Under the pieces are notes generated by a model. It was not told the DNA's origin, did not search any database, and saw nothing but the letters and a program-made list of their open reading frames with translations. From contig NC_134032.1 of assembly GCF_964204645.1 (NCBI RefSeq), positions 16,232,275 through 16,296,274 of the forward strand: 64,000 nucleotides of DNA, given 5' to 3'. Below, piece by piece: positions 27,093 to 37,815 of the stretch (position 1 is the stretch's first letter; each line of letters opens with the position of its first letter). Origin of the DNA: Tubulanus polymorphus. Taxonomy: Eukaryota > Animalia > Nemertea. Made by a program: the position numbers and the translations under genes.

Positions 27093-28643
27093 CTCCCAGT
27101 GCCCGTCTTTCACCCTCACCTCCCAGTGCCTGTCTATCACCCTCACCTCCCAGTGCCCGTCTTTCACCCTCACCTCCCAGTGCCCGTCTTTCACCCTCAC
27201 CTCCCAGTGCCTGTCTTTCACCCTCACCTCCCAGTGCCCGTCTTTCACCCTCACCTCCCAGTGCCCGTCTTTCACCCTCACCTCCCAGTGCCCGTCTTTC
27301 ACCCTCACCTCCCAGTGCCCGTCTTTCACCCTCACCTCCCAGTGCCCGTCTTTCACCCTCACCTCCCAGTGCCTGTCTTTCACCCTCACCTCCCAGTGCC
27401 TGTCTTTCACCCTCACCTCCCAGTGCCTGTCCTTCACCCTCACCTCCCAGTGCCTGTCTTTCACCCTCACCTCCCAGTGCCTGTCTTTCACCCTCACCTC
27501 CCAGTGCCTGTCTTTCACCCTCACCTCCCAGTGCCCGTCTTTCACCCTCACCTCCCAGTGCCCGTCTTTCACCCTCACCTCCCAGTGCCTGTCTTTCACC
27601 CTCACCTCCCAGTGCCCGTCTTTCACCCTCACCTCCCAGTGCCCGTCTTTCACCCTCACCTCCCAGTGCCTGTCTTTCACCCTCACCTCCCAATGCCTGT
27701 CCTTCACCCTCACCTCCCAGTGCCTGTCTTTCACCCTCACCTCCCAGTGCCCGTCTTTCACCCTCACCTCCCAGTGCCTGTCTTTCACCCTCACCTCCCA
27801 GTGCCCGTCTTTCACCCTCACCTCCCAGTGCCCGTCTTTCACCCTCACCTCCCAGTGCCTGTCTTTCACCCTCACCTCCCAGTGCCTGTCTTTCACCCTC
27901 ACCTCCCAGTGCCTGTCTTTCACCCTCACCTCCCAGTGCCTGTCTTTCACCCTCACCTCCCAGTGCCCGTCTTTCACCCTCACCTCCCAGTGCCTGTCTT
28001 TCACCCTCACCTCCCAGTGCCTGTCTTTCACCCTCACCTCCCAGTGCCCGTCTTTCACCCTCACCTCCCAGTGCCTGTCTTTCACCCTCACCTCCCAGTG
28101 CCTGTCTTTCACCCTCACCTCCCAGTGCCTGTCCTTCACCCTCACCTCCCAGTGCCTGTCTTTCACCCTCACCTCCCAGTGCCCGTCTTTCACCCTCACC
28201 TCCCAGTGCCCGTCTTTCACCCTCACCTCCCAGTGCCTGTCTTTCACCCTCACCTCCCAGTGCCCGTCTTTCACCCTCACCTCCCAGTGCCTGTCTTTCA
28301 CCCTCACCTCCCAGTGCCCGTCTTTCACCCTCACCTCCCAGTGCCCGTCTTTCACCCTCACCTCCCAGTGCCTGTCTTTCACCCTCACCTCCCAGTGCCC
28401 GTCTTTCACCCTCACCTCCCAGTGCCTGTCTTTCACCCTCACCTCCCAGTGCCCGTCTTTCACCCTCACCTCCCAGTGCCTGTCTTTCACTCTCACCTCC
28501 CAGTGCATGTCTTTCGCCCTCACCTCCCAGTGCCTGTCTTTCACTCTCACCTCCCAGTGCCTGTCTTTCGCCCTCACCTCCCAGTGCCTGTCTTTCACTC
28601 TCACCTCCCAGTGCCTGTCTTTCACCCTCACCTCCCAGTGCCT
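27093..28643. repeat. 27-bp minisatellite, ~57 copies
   Basis: Unit ctcccagtgcc(c/t)gtctttcaccctcac; source of the four ~540-570 aa spurious ORFs. Confidence 0.97.
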
Positions 28644-28814
28644 GGCTGTACGGCGTTCTCACGGCCGCTGCTGCTGCTGCTGCTGCAAGTGAAAACAAAC
28701 AAACGCGCGGTGCAGACGATTAGTGGTTACATGTGGCGAACAGACGACACTCACATTCCACAGCAGGTTCTCACTTCCGTGATCAGAAAAAAAACTACAA
28801 CGAGATAACAACAG

Positions 28815-29397
28815 CACAGGTCCGGGTCCTCGTGGTCGCCCCCTGGTGGCGAGTAACACAGGTCCGGGTCCTCGTGGTCGCCCCCTGGTGGCGAGTAACA
28901 CAGGTCCGGGTCCTCGTGGTCGCCCCCTGGTGGCGAGTAACACAGGTCCGGGTCCTCGTGGTCGCCCCCTGGTGGCGAGTAACACAGGTCCGGGTCCTCG
29001 TGGTCGCCCCCTGGTGGCGAGTAACACAGGTCCGGGTCCTCGTGGTCGCCCCCTGGTGGCGAGTAACACAGGTCCGGGTCCTCGTGGTCGCCCCCTGGTG
29101 GCGAGTAACACAGGTCCGGGTCCTCGTGGTCGCCCCCTGGTGGCGAGTAACACAGGTCCGGGTCCTCGTGGTCGCCCCCTGGTGGCGAGTAACACAGGTT
29201 CGGGTCCTCGTGGTCGCCCTCTAGCGGCGGCGAGTAACACAGGTCCGGGTCCTCGTAGTCGCCCCTGATGGCGAGTAGCACAGGTCCGGGTCCTCGTGGT
29301 CGCCCCCTAGCGACGAGTAACATAGGTCCGGGTCCTCGTGGTCGCCCCCTAGCGGCGAGTAACACAGGTCCGTGTCCTCGTGGTCGCCCCCTGGTGG
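28815..29397 (-). repeat. 42-bp minisatellite, 14 units, carrying CTCF-consensus motifs
   Basis: Unit cacaggtccgggtcctcgtggtcgccccctggtggcgagtaa; 9 identical and 5 variant units; minus strand reads CCACCAGGGGGCGA. Confidence 0.95.
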
Positions 29398-30089
29398 AAG
29401 AGTGGTAGATACAGCACAATAAGGGTCATTAGTCTTTTCTAGTCATGACTGGAATTGGGTCCCAAAGTTCCACTCCACTCTCCGTATCCCCGCAACCACC
29501 TCCCCTCATCACCACACTGGAGTGTCCCACATTACTCCCCGTACCCCCACAACCCACTCCCCACATCACCACACGGGAGTGTCAATTACTGCCGTATTGA
29601 GTATGAAAAATCATTTCGACTGTTTTTAAACGGACGTTTATAAATATTGTGAGAAGCCGTTCCCGACCAGTTCTAACTGGCTAAATCAGGCCAATCTGAC
29701 ACGTGACAGTATCGCCGCGATTCAAAACATCTGTCTTCAAATACATGTCAACGATCTTAATTCTTGAGGTTCAAATTTAACCAACAGTACATAACTGAGG
29801 TACTGATCTCGGGTCTGGAAATAAATATTTTGTTCTAGAATTTTTTGATTTCATGATAATCATCTTTAAAAAATTCGTGTTGTCCGGTGACTACACCCGG
29901 GGGTCGGGGATGTGACCAGTCGAGGTATCGCCGTCTGCCATGTCAGTGGTTCCTTGGTCGATTTACTCGAGGAAGGAAGTAAAACTTGAAGGAACAAACA
30001 TTCAATTTCTTGTTCCTTCACTTTAACGTAATTTCCACAAGAGCCGCCGCCGCGATCCTTTGTTACGCCGGGTATCGGCGGTTTAGCGC

Positions 30090-30335
30090 TCGGATGTCGC
30101 GGCAGACGTCGTGTAGAATCGAGTCGTCTGCGCGGCACAAGCGTCACGCGCGCACCTGACACGCCCACCTCACATCGCACAACAGCCAATCAGCGCCTAC
30201 ACACACCACCAATCGGCTGCCAATCAATGTGTAACAGATACGGAGCGCTTGGAGGTGAATTTATGTTGCCGAGCGTGGGAAGTGTGATTAGTTGACATCG
30301 CGCCGGCGTCAGGCTTACACACACTCAGTAGCTGC
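30090..30335 (+). promoter_or_regulatory. Hey proximal promoter
   Basis: GC-rich. Three CCAAT boxes (30186, 30209, 30220), a high-affinity CSL/Su(H) site CGTGGGAA (30274-30281) and an Inr-like TCAGT (30325-30329), about 270 bp upstream of the ATG. Confidence 0.7.
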
Positions 30336-30593
30336 AGTCTTATCCGGAAATAAACACGAATTTATACTTGGATTTATTCGAATAATAACTAAGCAACAAA
30401 CGACAACAGACACGACCGTTATTTTATCGATCGGTGTTTCTTTTTGAAAATTTAGGATTATTACGATTATCTCGTCACGCGGCTGCGATTGTTGCTGTTG
30501 CTACGACACACACCAGTAGAGAATTAACGCCCGGTATTGTTATTTATTTGAATTGATTAATTCTACTGTGACGTGTTTTTGATGGTTGTTAGA

Positions 30594-30661
30594 ATGAAAC
30601 GCAGTTTGTCTGAAAGTAGCCTAGAAGGAGACGATGTCTTTGACGAACGCATGAAATCGGG
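30594..30661 (+). CDS. Hey: Hey coding exon 1
   Basis: MKRSLSESS... start typical of Hey proteins; donor GG|gtatgt. Confidence 0.85.
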
Positions 30662-33600
30662 GTATGTTTTGACAAGTTAATTTTTTTTTTTTTTGGGGGG
30701 GGGGGGTAAATTGTCTTATATTTTATCAAGATCGAGTTTTTATCATAAAAAGTTAAACTCATACCTCATATTGTTTACTTCATTTTTTCCAATGGGGATA
30801 ACTATTTAAACTAAGATCACTATTCACTTCTGAAATTGAGTTATGAATTTGTAGTTTAGTAACTTCGTTAAAAAGCTAATCTCTCAAATCTCACTATCTT
30901 ATCTTTCTTTTAGTACAGTTATTAAAAACTTTTTGGTAAAAACTAATTATCTTTTATTTATGAAAACTCGATGAATAGGTCAATGTTTTCTGTCACGTAT
31001 TCTAAGATTTTTTTTAAATTTTTTTTTAGATCACCATCTCAAAGTTGTAATGTATCGGACCGTAAAAAACGACGAGGGGTAAGTCATACTATCATATTAT
31101 CATTATCATCATTATCATTATCATAATTATTGTTATTATCCATTTTCTGGTAAAATAATGACAATATATAAAATGATGCAACAGTGATAATATATTTTAG
31201 CATAATATGTTGTAATAAAACAGTGGGGAAAAGCTGGAAAAGCTTCAAGCTTGTGAAATAACAAACCTCGCCTCATATTCATTCTGACTCTAGGATACAA
31301 ATCTATAATAACTATATGTAACTATAGCAGTACAAACTCTAGCAATGGCCTATTTGTGCTACACAGATACTTAGATAAAAACATCTTCCTTCAGTTTTCT
31401 AGGTGATAACACTAGTATTCCTGAGTATGACTATTCGAAACGTCGAATAAAGTGTTACCGGTTTTAGCTTTAGGGAACATTTTTAATTTTCTAATTCCTG
31501 TTGCGAGGTTTCATATCATACCTTTTTCAAAATCACGGACACAAAATGGGACCAATATAATTGACAGAAATATCTTTCGGTAGCACAGTAATCAGGTAAT
31601 GGGTTAGACTATAGATTACTGGTCAGAAATTCAGCGAGCTCCTCTGGTCAGTACTTCAGTGGGCTGCGCTGGTCAGTTGGTCTGTACTTCAGTGGGCTCC
31701 TCTGATATGGTCTGATAGTGTCCATGGTCTTCTGATAAAGCCCCCCGTGATTAGTACAATACTGTTAAACAGGAAATTAACTCGTAGATTATAAATAAAA
31801 CCCTTTCCTAAATCTTCACATTCGAAACCGCAATCAGCCTGACAACACGAACTGCGGCATGCGAGCGCGACTCTGCGCCCCAACAATGCGTATGCAAATA
31901 TTGCTTTAATATGCAAATGAGGTAGTGTTATCTGTCGCGGTGCAGCCAGTCACTCAAAGCGACCATCAATCAATAATAATAGGAACAGGTAATAGACACG
32001 CAAATAATCTCATTCGGGATTTAGGATTAACGACCGCTAATCCGTGTAAACATAAGCAGACTGATAATCCCCAGATCCCCAATATAGATCCTCTCGTAAT
32101 TCTAAACAATCATCATCAATAAACTCATTTGTTTAAAATGAACCGGATATAGATATTTGAATGTGATGGTTTTAGAAAATGTTCTTATTTGATTTTTCTA
32201 TTTTTTAAATTTCGCAGATTATTGAAAAAAGGCGTCGAGATCGAATAAACAACAGTCTGTCCGAACTGCGTCGACTTGTACCAACTGCCTTCGAAAAACA
32301 GGTATGTACATGTTATTGTTTGCTGCTTTACACACCCCCCCCCCCCGACCACCCCTAACCCCCTACCCCTACCCCCTCCCCGCCTCTAGGATATTGAGGA
32401 GTCGACTGATTATCATCTCAAATATCAAAATACGTTACTTTTGATTGTAAATGAATTTAGAAATACGAATTGAGACTCAAAAATCGAGATGACTTCAGTA
32501 ATGTAACTGCTTATCCGAATGATGACTTACACTTAGTAAATTGAATTAGAAATATAAATTGAGACTCAAAAATGACTTGAGCAATGTGACGACTTATCCT
32601 AAATGATGATTTCAGTAATTAACATATCTGCTGTTAATTAGTAATTAGTGCGATGGCACGAAACGGGCACCGGCGGGTCGCTGATGAAAGCTCGTTTCTC
32701 GTCAGGTCAACAGTGCCAGTAAACACTGCGCACAACAGACACAGTTTCCCACGCGTGGTACAGTAATCACGCACACTCTCAGCGAGTTGAGTTACTCCAG
32801 ATGTGCTGCGCTGTAACTAGCGATAAAAATCAGTACCAACACGTGCGCGCGTGCGCATGCGCTCCGTGTGTACATCGGTGTCGTCTGCCAGCGCGCACCT
32901 GTTCGCGCACCTGTTACTCCACCAACAACTACAACCTGAAAATATGCAGTTTGTAATCATTAAGATGACGCGTGTTCCTGACCTTGAAAATGTATTATTT
33001 CTGGATTTTTAGGGTTCAGCGAAACTGGAAAAAGCCGAAATACTTCAGATGACCGTCGATCACCTGAAAATGTTACATCAAAAAGGTAATTTTCATAATT
33101 TTTCTTCATGAAAAAAAAACTGATAACAGCAATGCCATTAGGAAAGCGTGGGTCAGGTGTGGAAGATTCCACAGTTCCACAGTTCTGGCTGTAAACAAGT
33201 TGTCTTTAAAAACCACTAGATTCTCAAATTTCAAAATTCTAATTGAGATCTGTTAAACCTGGACCAGAACCAAGATCCATTGTCTCAAATAGGGGTCGTA
33301 ATTAGGACTGGATCCAAATTGTACTCAGCCTGGCTAAATCGAAGTCACGACTCAAAGGTGCCGCAATTTGCGATATTGAAAAAGCCCGCATCATAACCTG
33401 ATGAAATCGATTAGTGTGACGGTCGTTCCCAGCGCGGTGCTGGCGGTGATGCTACTAACCTGAGTCCATACAATAGATGATTCCAATTTATCACACACAG
33501 TGTCCATGAGAGCAGATCGTACTAAACAAAATCCTTTACAATCAGAATGATACATCTTTATTTGAAAAACGGTGACCATTATAATTCACTAGTCGAGCCG

Positions 33601-35666
33601 CCAGTGGACAGGGCTGATCGGGAGCGACCGTGGGAATATTCCTCAGCTAAATAAACCACTCAGTTTAGAGAGAAATTTAGATGTGAGACAGGCTTTCATC
33701 GGCTTCTAACAACTTAAGACTAGTTATAAACTCATTTTGGTTCTATAATCAATCTATCAACTTAAGACCAGTCTAAACTCATTTAGTTTTTTAGCCAATT
33801 TAAGGCAACTTAAGACCAGTCTAAACTCATTTTGGTTCTATAACCAATCTAACAACTTAAGACCAGTCTAAACTCATTTTAGTTCTTTAGCCAATTTAAG
33901 GCAACTTAAGACCAGTTTATGCTCATTTTAGTTCTATAACCAATCTAACAACTTAAGACCAGTCTAAATTCATTTTGGTTCTATAACCAATCTAACAACC
34001 TAAGACCAGTCTATGTGAAATATGATCTCGCGCCGTCTGCTGTGGTCGTTTAGCGCCTCGCGACCGAATCAATGTTTATTTGCGCATAAAAATATGAATC
34101 GTTTTTCGAGTCCCACTCGACTCCACACTGCGAAATCTTATCGTGGAGCTGTTGAACAGACAGGGCCCCGGTAGTCGTCGATACGGGGAATCCAGTGTTT
34201 CGGGCACCATAAACATGATCATCGCTATGCCCAGTTCAATTACGCATCAGAAATGGAATAAAACTTGAGTTTATTATAATGGAAGATATAGTAGGGCGGG
34301 CGGGCGGGCGGGAACAGGTCGAGCCATTAAACAAATAAAAGCGACGACTATGTTGTTGATGTTGATGTATAGAAAGAGCGGTTAGATGTTATCTATGCTT
34401 CCATTATTCATGTCGCTATCTGGAGAGCGGTTCCCACGCCGCTTGTTCGTGAGAGTCGACCCGATCATCACGTAGTCTCTCTATAGAGTAGCGGACACCT
34501 GTCCTATATATACTCACCTGCCAGTCGTTAAACAAACTATAGGCAGGCGAGGTTAGCGCGATATTGGCGTTATGCCGGGCGGGCTCGCGGGTTCTGGCCC
34601 TGTAGGTATTTACTCAGAAAGTGTAACTATTTTTAAAAAAGTGTATTCATTTAGTTGTTCTACAAAACGAACCAGTTTCAGACCAGTCAAACTATTTACT
34701 ATTGCCATGAGGCAACGGGCCAAATACCCTTCAATATCAGCTGGACACTACTAAACCTGGGGCTCGGGACCCCTGGACCTGGGGCTCGGGACCCCTGGAC
34801 CTGGGGCTCGGTACCCCTGAACCTGGGGCTCGGTACCCCTGAACCTGGGGCTCGGTACCCCTGGACCTGGGGCCCGGGACCCCTGGACCTGGGGCTCGGT
34901 ACCCACTAGAACTCGGTTATGTTATCAATGTAACTAAATGTATATATAATGTTCTATAATTACAGGTTTGAACAGTAACTATTACCCGGACCCGCACACG
35001 TTAGCGATGGATTACAGAAGTGTAGGATTCAGAGAAGCGGCCGCTGAAATCGCTCGCTATCTGGTCACAGTCGAAGGCCTCGATATCCAGGATCCGTTAC
35101 GATTACGACTAATGAGTCATTTACAATGTTTCTCCACGCAACGAGAGATGCATCATACAAAAACGAACATTCAAACTCCCGCCGCCGCCTGGAATTCCGC
35201 CATGTCGTCTGCTCATATCGGACTGAATTCACAACCGTACGGCTCCACACAACCTTCGACCACTTCCATAATCAGCCAACACAACGCGCAGAACGACCAG
35301 CTTAGTATGGCCACGCATACCGGAACTCCTCTGACGTCAATGTCCTGCACTGAAGCGCGTACGCAGCCACTGGACACTATGACGTCAAATCTGACCAATC
35401 ACATGAGAATTCCTACGACCGGAAGTATAGCTCCACAAGTACCGAGCGTTTCCTCTTCCGGTGCGCAGATGTCCGGTCTAGGACTACCCACAATTCCACA
35501 GGTACATACGCAATATCCGGCTTCGCTCGGCATAAACAGCGCGTCTATGACGAGCATGCTTAATTCATCAGATAGTGGCTCCCCCTACGGGAATATTAGC
35601 ATGCACCCGCATTCTCAGGGGGGTTTAAAACCTTATCGGCCGTGGGGGGCCGAGCTAGCTTACTAA
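30594..35666 (+). CDS. Hey: Hairy/enhancer-of-split related with YRPW motif (Hey) bHLH-Orange transcriptional repressor, 5 exons, 324 aa
   Basis: join(30594..30661,31030..31078,32218..32301,33013..33085,34966..35666) = 975 nt. All introns are GT-AG with phases 2,0,0,1. Protein: [144 protein letters not shown]...[12 protein letters not shown]. Gly in the basic region, an Orange domain and a C-terminal YRPW are diagnostic of Hey. An in-frame ATG at 30582 could add MVVR. Confidence 0.97.
31030..31078 (+). CDS. Hey: Hey coding exon 2 (start of basic region)
   Basis: Poly-T/ag acceptor; [16 protein letters not shown]; donor gtaagt. Confidence 0.95.
32218..32301 (+). CDS. Hey: Hey coding exon 3 (basic region and helix 1)
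   Basis: ttcgcag|[28 protein letters not shown]|gtatgt. Confidence 0.97.
32640..32930. promoter_or_regulatory. Candidate Notch-responsive enhancer in Hey intron 3
   Basis: GC-rich island in an AT-rich intron: CSL site TTCCCACG 32746-32753, CACGTG 32840, TGCGCATGCGC 32852-32862, TCGTCTGC 32881, two CACCTG E-boxes at 32896 and 32908. Confidence 0.55.
33013..33085 (+). CDS. Hey: Hey coding exon 4 (loop and helix 2)
   Basis: ttttag|[24 protein letters not shown]|gtaatt. Confidence 0.97.
33629..34438. promoter_or_regulatory. CSL/Su(H) sites in Hey intron 4
   Basis: CGTGGGAA 33629-33636 and TTCCCACG 34431-34438. Confidence 0.5.
33712..34012 (-). repeat. Tandemly amplified internal segment of MITE family B (~47 bp x6) in Hey intron 4
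   Basis: acttaagaccagtctaaactcattttggttctataaccaatctaaca repeated. Confidence 0.85.
34755..34905. repeat. 22-bp minisatellite, ~7 copies, Hey intron 4
   Basis: acctggggctcgg(g/t)acccctg(g/a). Confidence 0.93.
34966..35666 (+). CDS. Hey: Hey coding exon 5 (Orange domain, S/T/P-rich region, YRPW)
   Basis: ttacag acceptor; matches ORF 34968..35666 ending [10 protein letters not shown]. Confidence 0.97.
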
Positions 35667-37280
35667 CACCGATCTCAATACAAATTCATTTTATTACCGG
35701 CTAAGAAAAGGCAGTTTATCTATAAAATATTATTTCGATATTTATATTTCCAGCGCCACGGATTCGAACCGACTTATGCGCCCCCTGCCGGACATTTTCG
35801 TTACTAGTCTACTCGACGCCGCGTAGTGGTGGTGATTAGAACTGAGAGAGCTATCACGTGACTCCGTCGCCGAAATCTAACCGAAACTAGTCTTTATACA
35901 CAGAGAGAAAGAGATATATGAATATTCGGCCGATAGATGGCGCGCGCGCGTAGTGGACCCTGCATTTATTTATTTATTATACTCGATGTGCTCGGATAAA
36001 AACAATCGGTAGAAATTGCTCAATTCCGCGCCTTGAATGAAACGTATTTCCTGTGACGGTGAAGCCTCGTTATGATGAACTCGGCAGTAATGGCGATTTA
36101 TCGCTTATTACAAAAATAGAATTACATCCCAAACGTGAACAATTCTCACATAACCGATAACAGATTTCCAGGTCTCCTGAAGTTAGTTGTAACGAGGTTC
36201 CGCTGTATGACGTCACGAATACATAACCCGTCATGAATATTGATTATGTTTGAATCATTTTCTAATAGTTCAGGGGGCGCTGCAGTTGCTCAGAGGTTAA
36301 CAATTGGATAGTTGAAGATAAGTTCGTTGTTACTATGGTATTTATCCGTCGGATTATCTTGAACCAATCTTTAAGTAACTGCGGTCCCTGTCATTTAACG
36401 TTAATGACATTTTATGATTTTTTTCTCGCTGGGACTCGAACCCGATCGCCTGGGTTCGAATCCCAGCAGCAGAGGATATTGCCGCTCTCCTTTCAACAAC
36501 TCAACTTCCCTATACATAATCTTTACGCTTAAATTATTGAAAATCTTATTTTAATTTATTTTCATCGTATTATACTCTGAATAGAATAGGGTTGGAAAGT
36601 AGCTGCTGCTGCTGCCACCTACCGGTATAATTGTAACCTCAATGACAGAAATTAACATACCGTCAGTGCGCGGATAACTATGTGCCTTACTCACTTACAA
36701 CTATGCAATTACTGATATCACACATTATATAATTAAATGCATTTATATCAAATATTGTGTTTAAAATGAAACATTTTGTTTGTATAATTTAAAAAATACT
36801 GTGACAATTCCATATAAGGTATAAAGCACACACTGTGTGTAGACAGGTGCGTGTGTAATGTGCTTCCATGAACTGTCAAAAATTAGGGATTCGAACCCAC
36901 TCGACTATTGTCGCTACTCACGTCAAGTTACTAAGCTTCCGGTTATTTAATCATAACCTTTAAAGCCGATCTGCCCCGGACGTTTCGATAGGTCTTCCTA
37001 ACATGGGGTTGTGTTTATAAATCGGGTGTTGCTCAAGGGGACGTATTTGCACCTCTGATGTTCGGGGTATAATTTTGCATTTATCATACATGACCTTGAA
37101 CTTGAAGAATGTGTTTTTTTACTACGATTATTTTTTCTACGACGAACAAACAAATATAACGTACAAATATAGTTCACTTTTGTGCCTTTTTTAAGATTTG
37201 TAAATAAAAACAAATTTTTGTATATAAAGCTATTTTACAACATGAATTTCTATTAAAAATATATAAAATTGAAAAAAAAA
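35667..37280 (+). other. Hey 3' UTR (approximate)
   Basis: AT-rich after the stop. AATAAA at 37203 and ATTAAA at 37252 are followed by a GT/T-rich tract at ~37288-37313. Confidence 0.55.
36271..36390. mobile_element. MITE (family A) in the Hey 3' UTR
   Basis: cagggggcgctgcagttgct...agtaactgcggtccctg; core shared with the 15365 copy. Confidence 0.7.
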
Positions 37281-37313
37281 CCATGAATTTTCTTGGTTCT
37301 TTTTGGTTCTGTC
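37203..37313 (+). terminator. Candidate polyadenylation signals for Hey
   Basis: AATAAA 37203-37208, ATTAAA 37252-37257, downstream ttttcttggttctttttggttctgt. Confidence 0.5.
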
Positions 37314-37717
37314 TCACCTCGAGTGGCTCGTCTCTGTGGAGGTTGGAATTTGAGGAAGGATTTCTGATTCACTGGGTGTCACTAAACCTTAAAAGCCCCT
37401 GCCTGAACCTAAGACCGTTAGGTCTTATGTTAAGGCGGCTTTAGGTAAGACCGATAAATCTAAGATATCTCGACTCTGATAAATGAACCAAATTTAAATA
37501 GGTCATTGATTTTAACTAATACCTATATATTAGAACCATTTTAAATCGACCATATTACACAAATTACGAATTAAAACCGGATCTTGAGTTTATGGGTCTA
37601 AGGTTAAGTGACACCTTTTCACATTCGAATATGAATTCTGTATTTTTGTATCTATGGTAAGATCGGGCTGGATGCATCATCAGAGATGAAGGATTTCTGA
37701 TTAGATACTCAAACAAA

Positions 37718-37815
37718 CTTCACAAAGGACTCTCTGACTCTTCACAAAGGACTCTCTGACTCTTCACAAAGGACTCTCTGACTCTTCACAAAGGACTCTC
37801 TGACTCAACTCTGAC
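37718..37815. repeat. 22-bp tandem repeat x4
   Basis: ttcacaaaggactctctgactc. Confidence 0.93.

Noticed and set aside
27093-28643. Array of CSL sites (CACTGGGAG on minus strand)
   Set aside because: Does not match YGTG(G/A)GAA.
27006-28808. Four 541-569 aa ORFs
   Set aside because: Translations of a stop-free 27-bp tandem repeat in several frames on both strands; no unique coding flanks.
28659-29419. ORFs with GPGPRGRP or DHEDPDLCYSPPGG repeats
   Set aside because: Frames of the 42-bp minisatellite; no splice or domain context.
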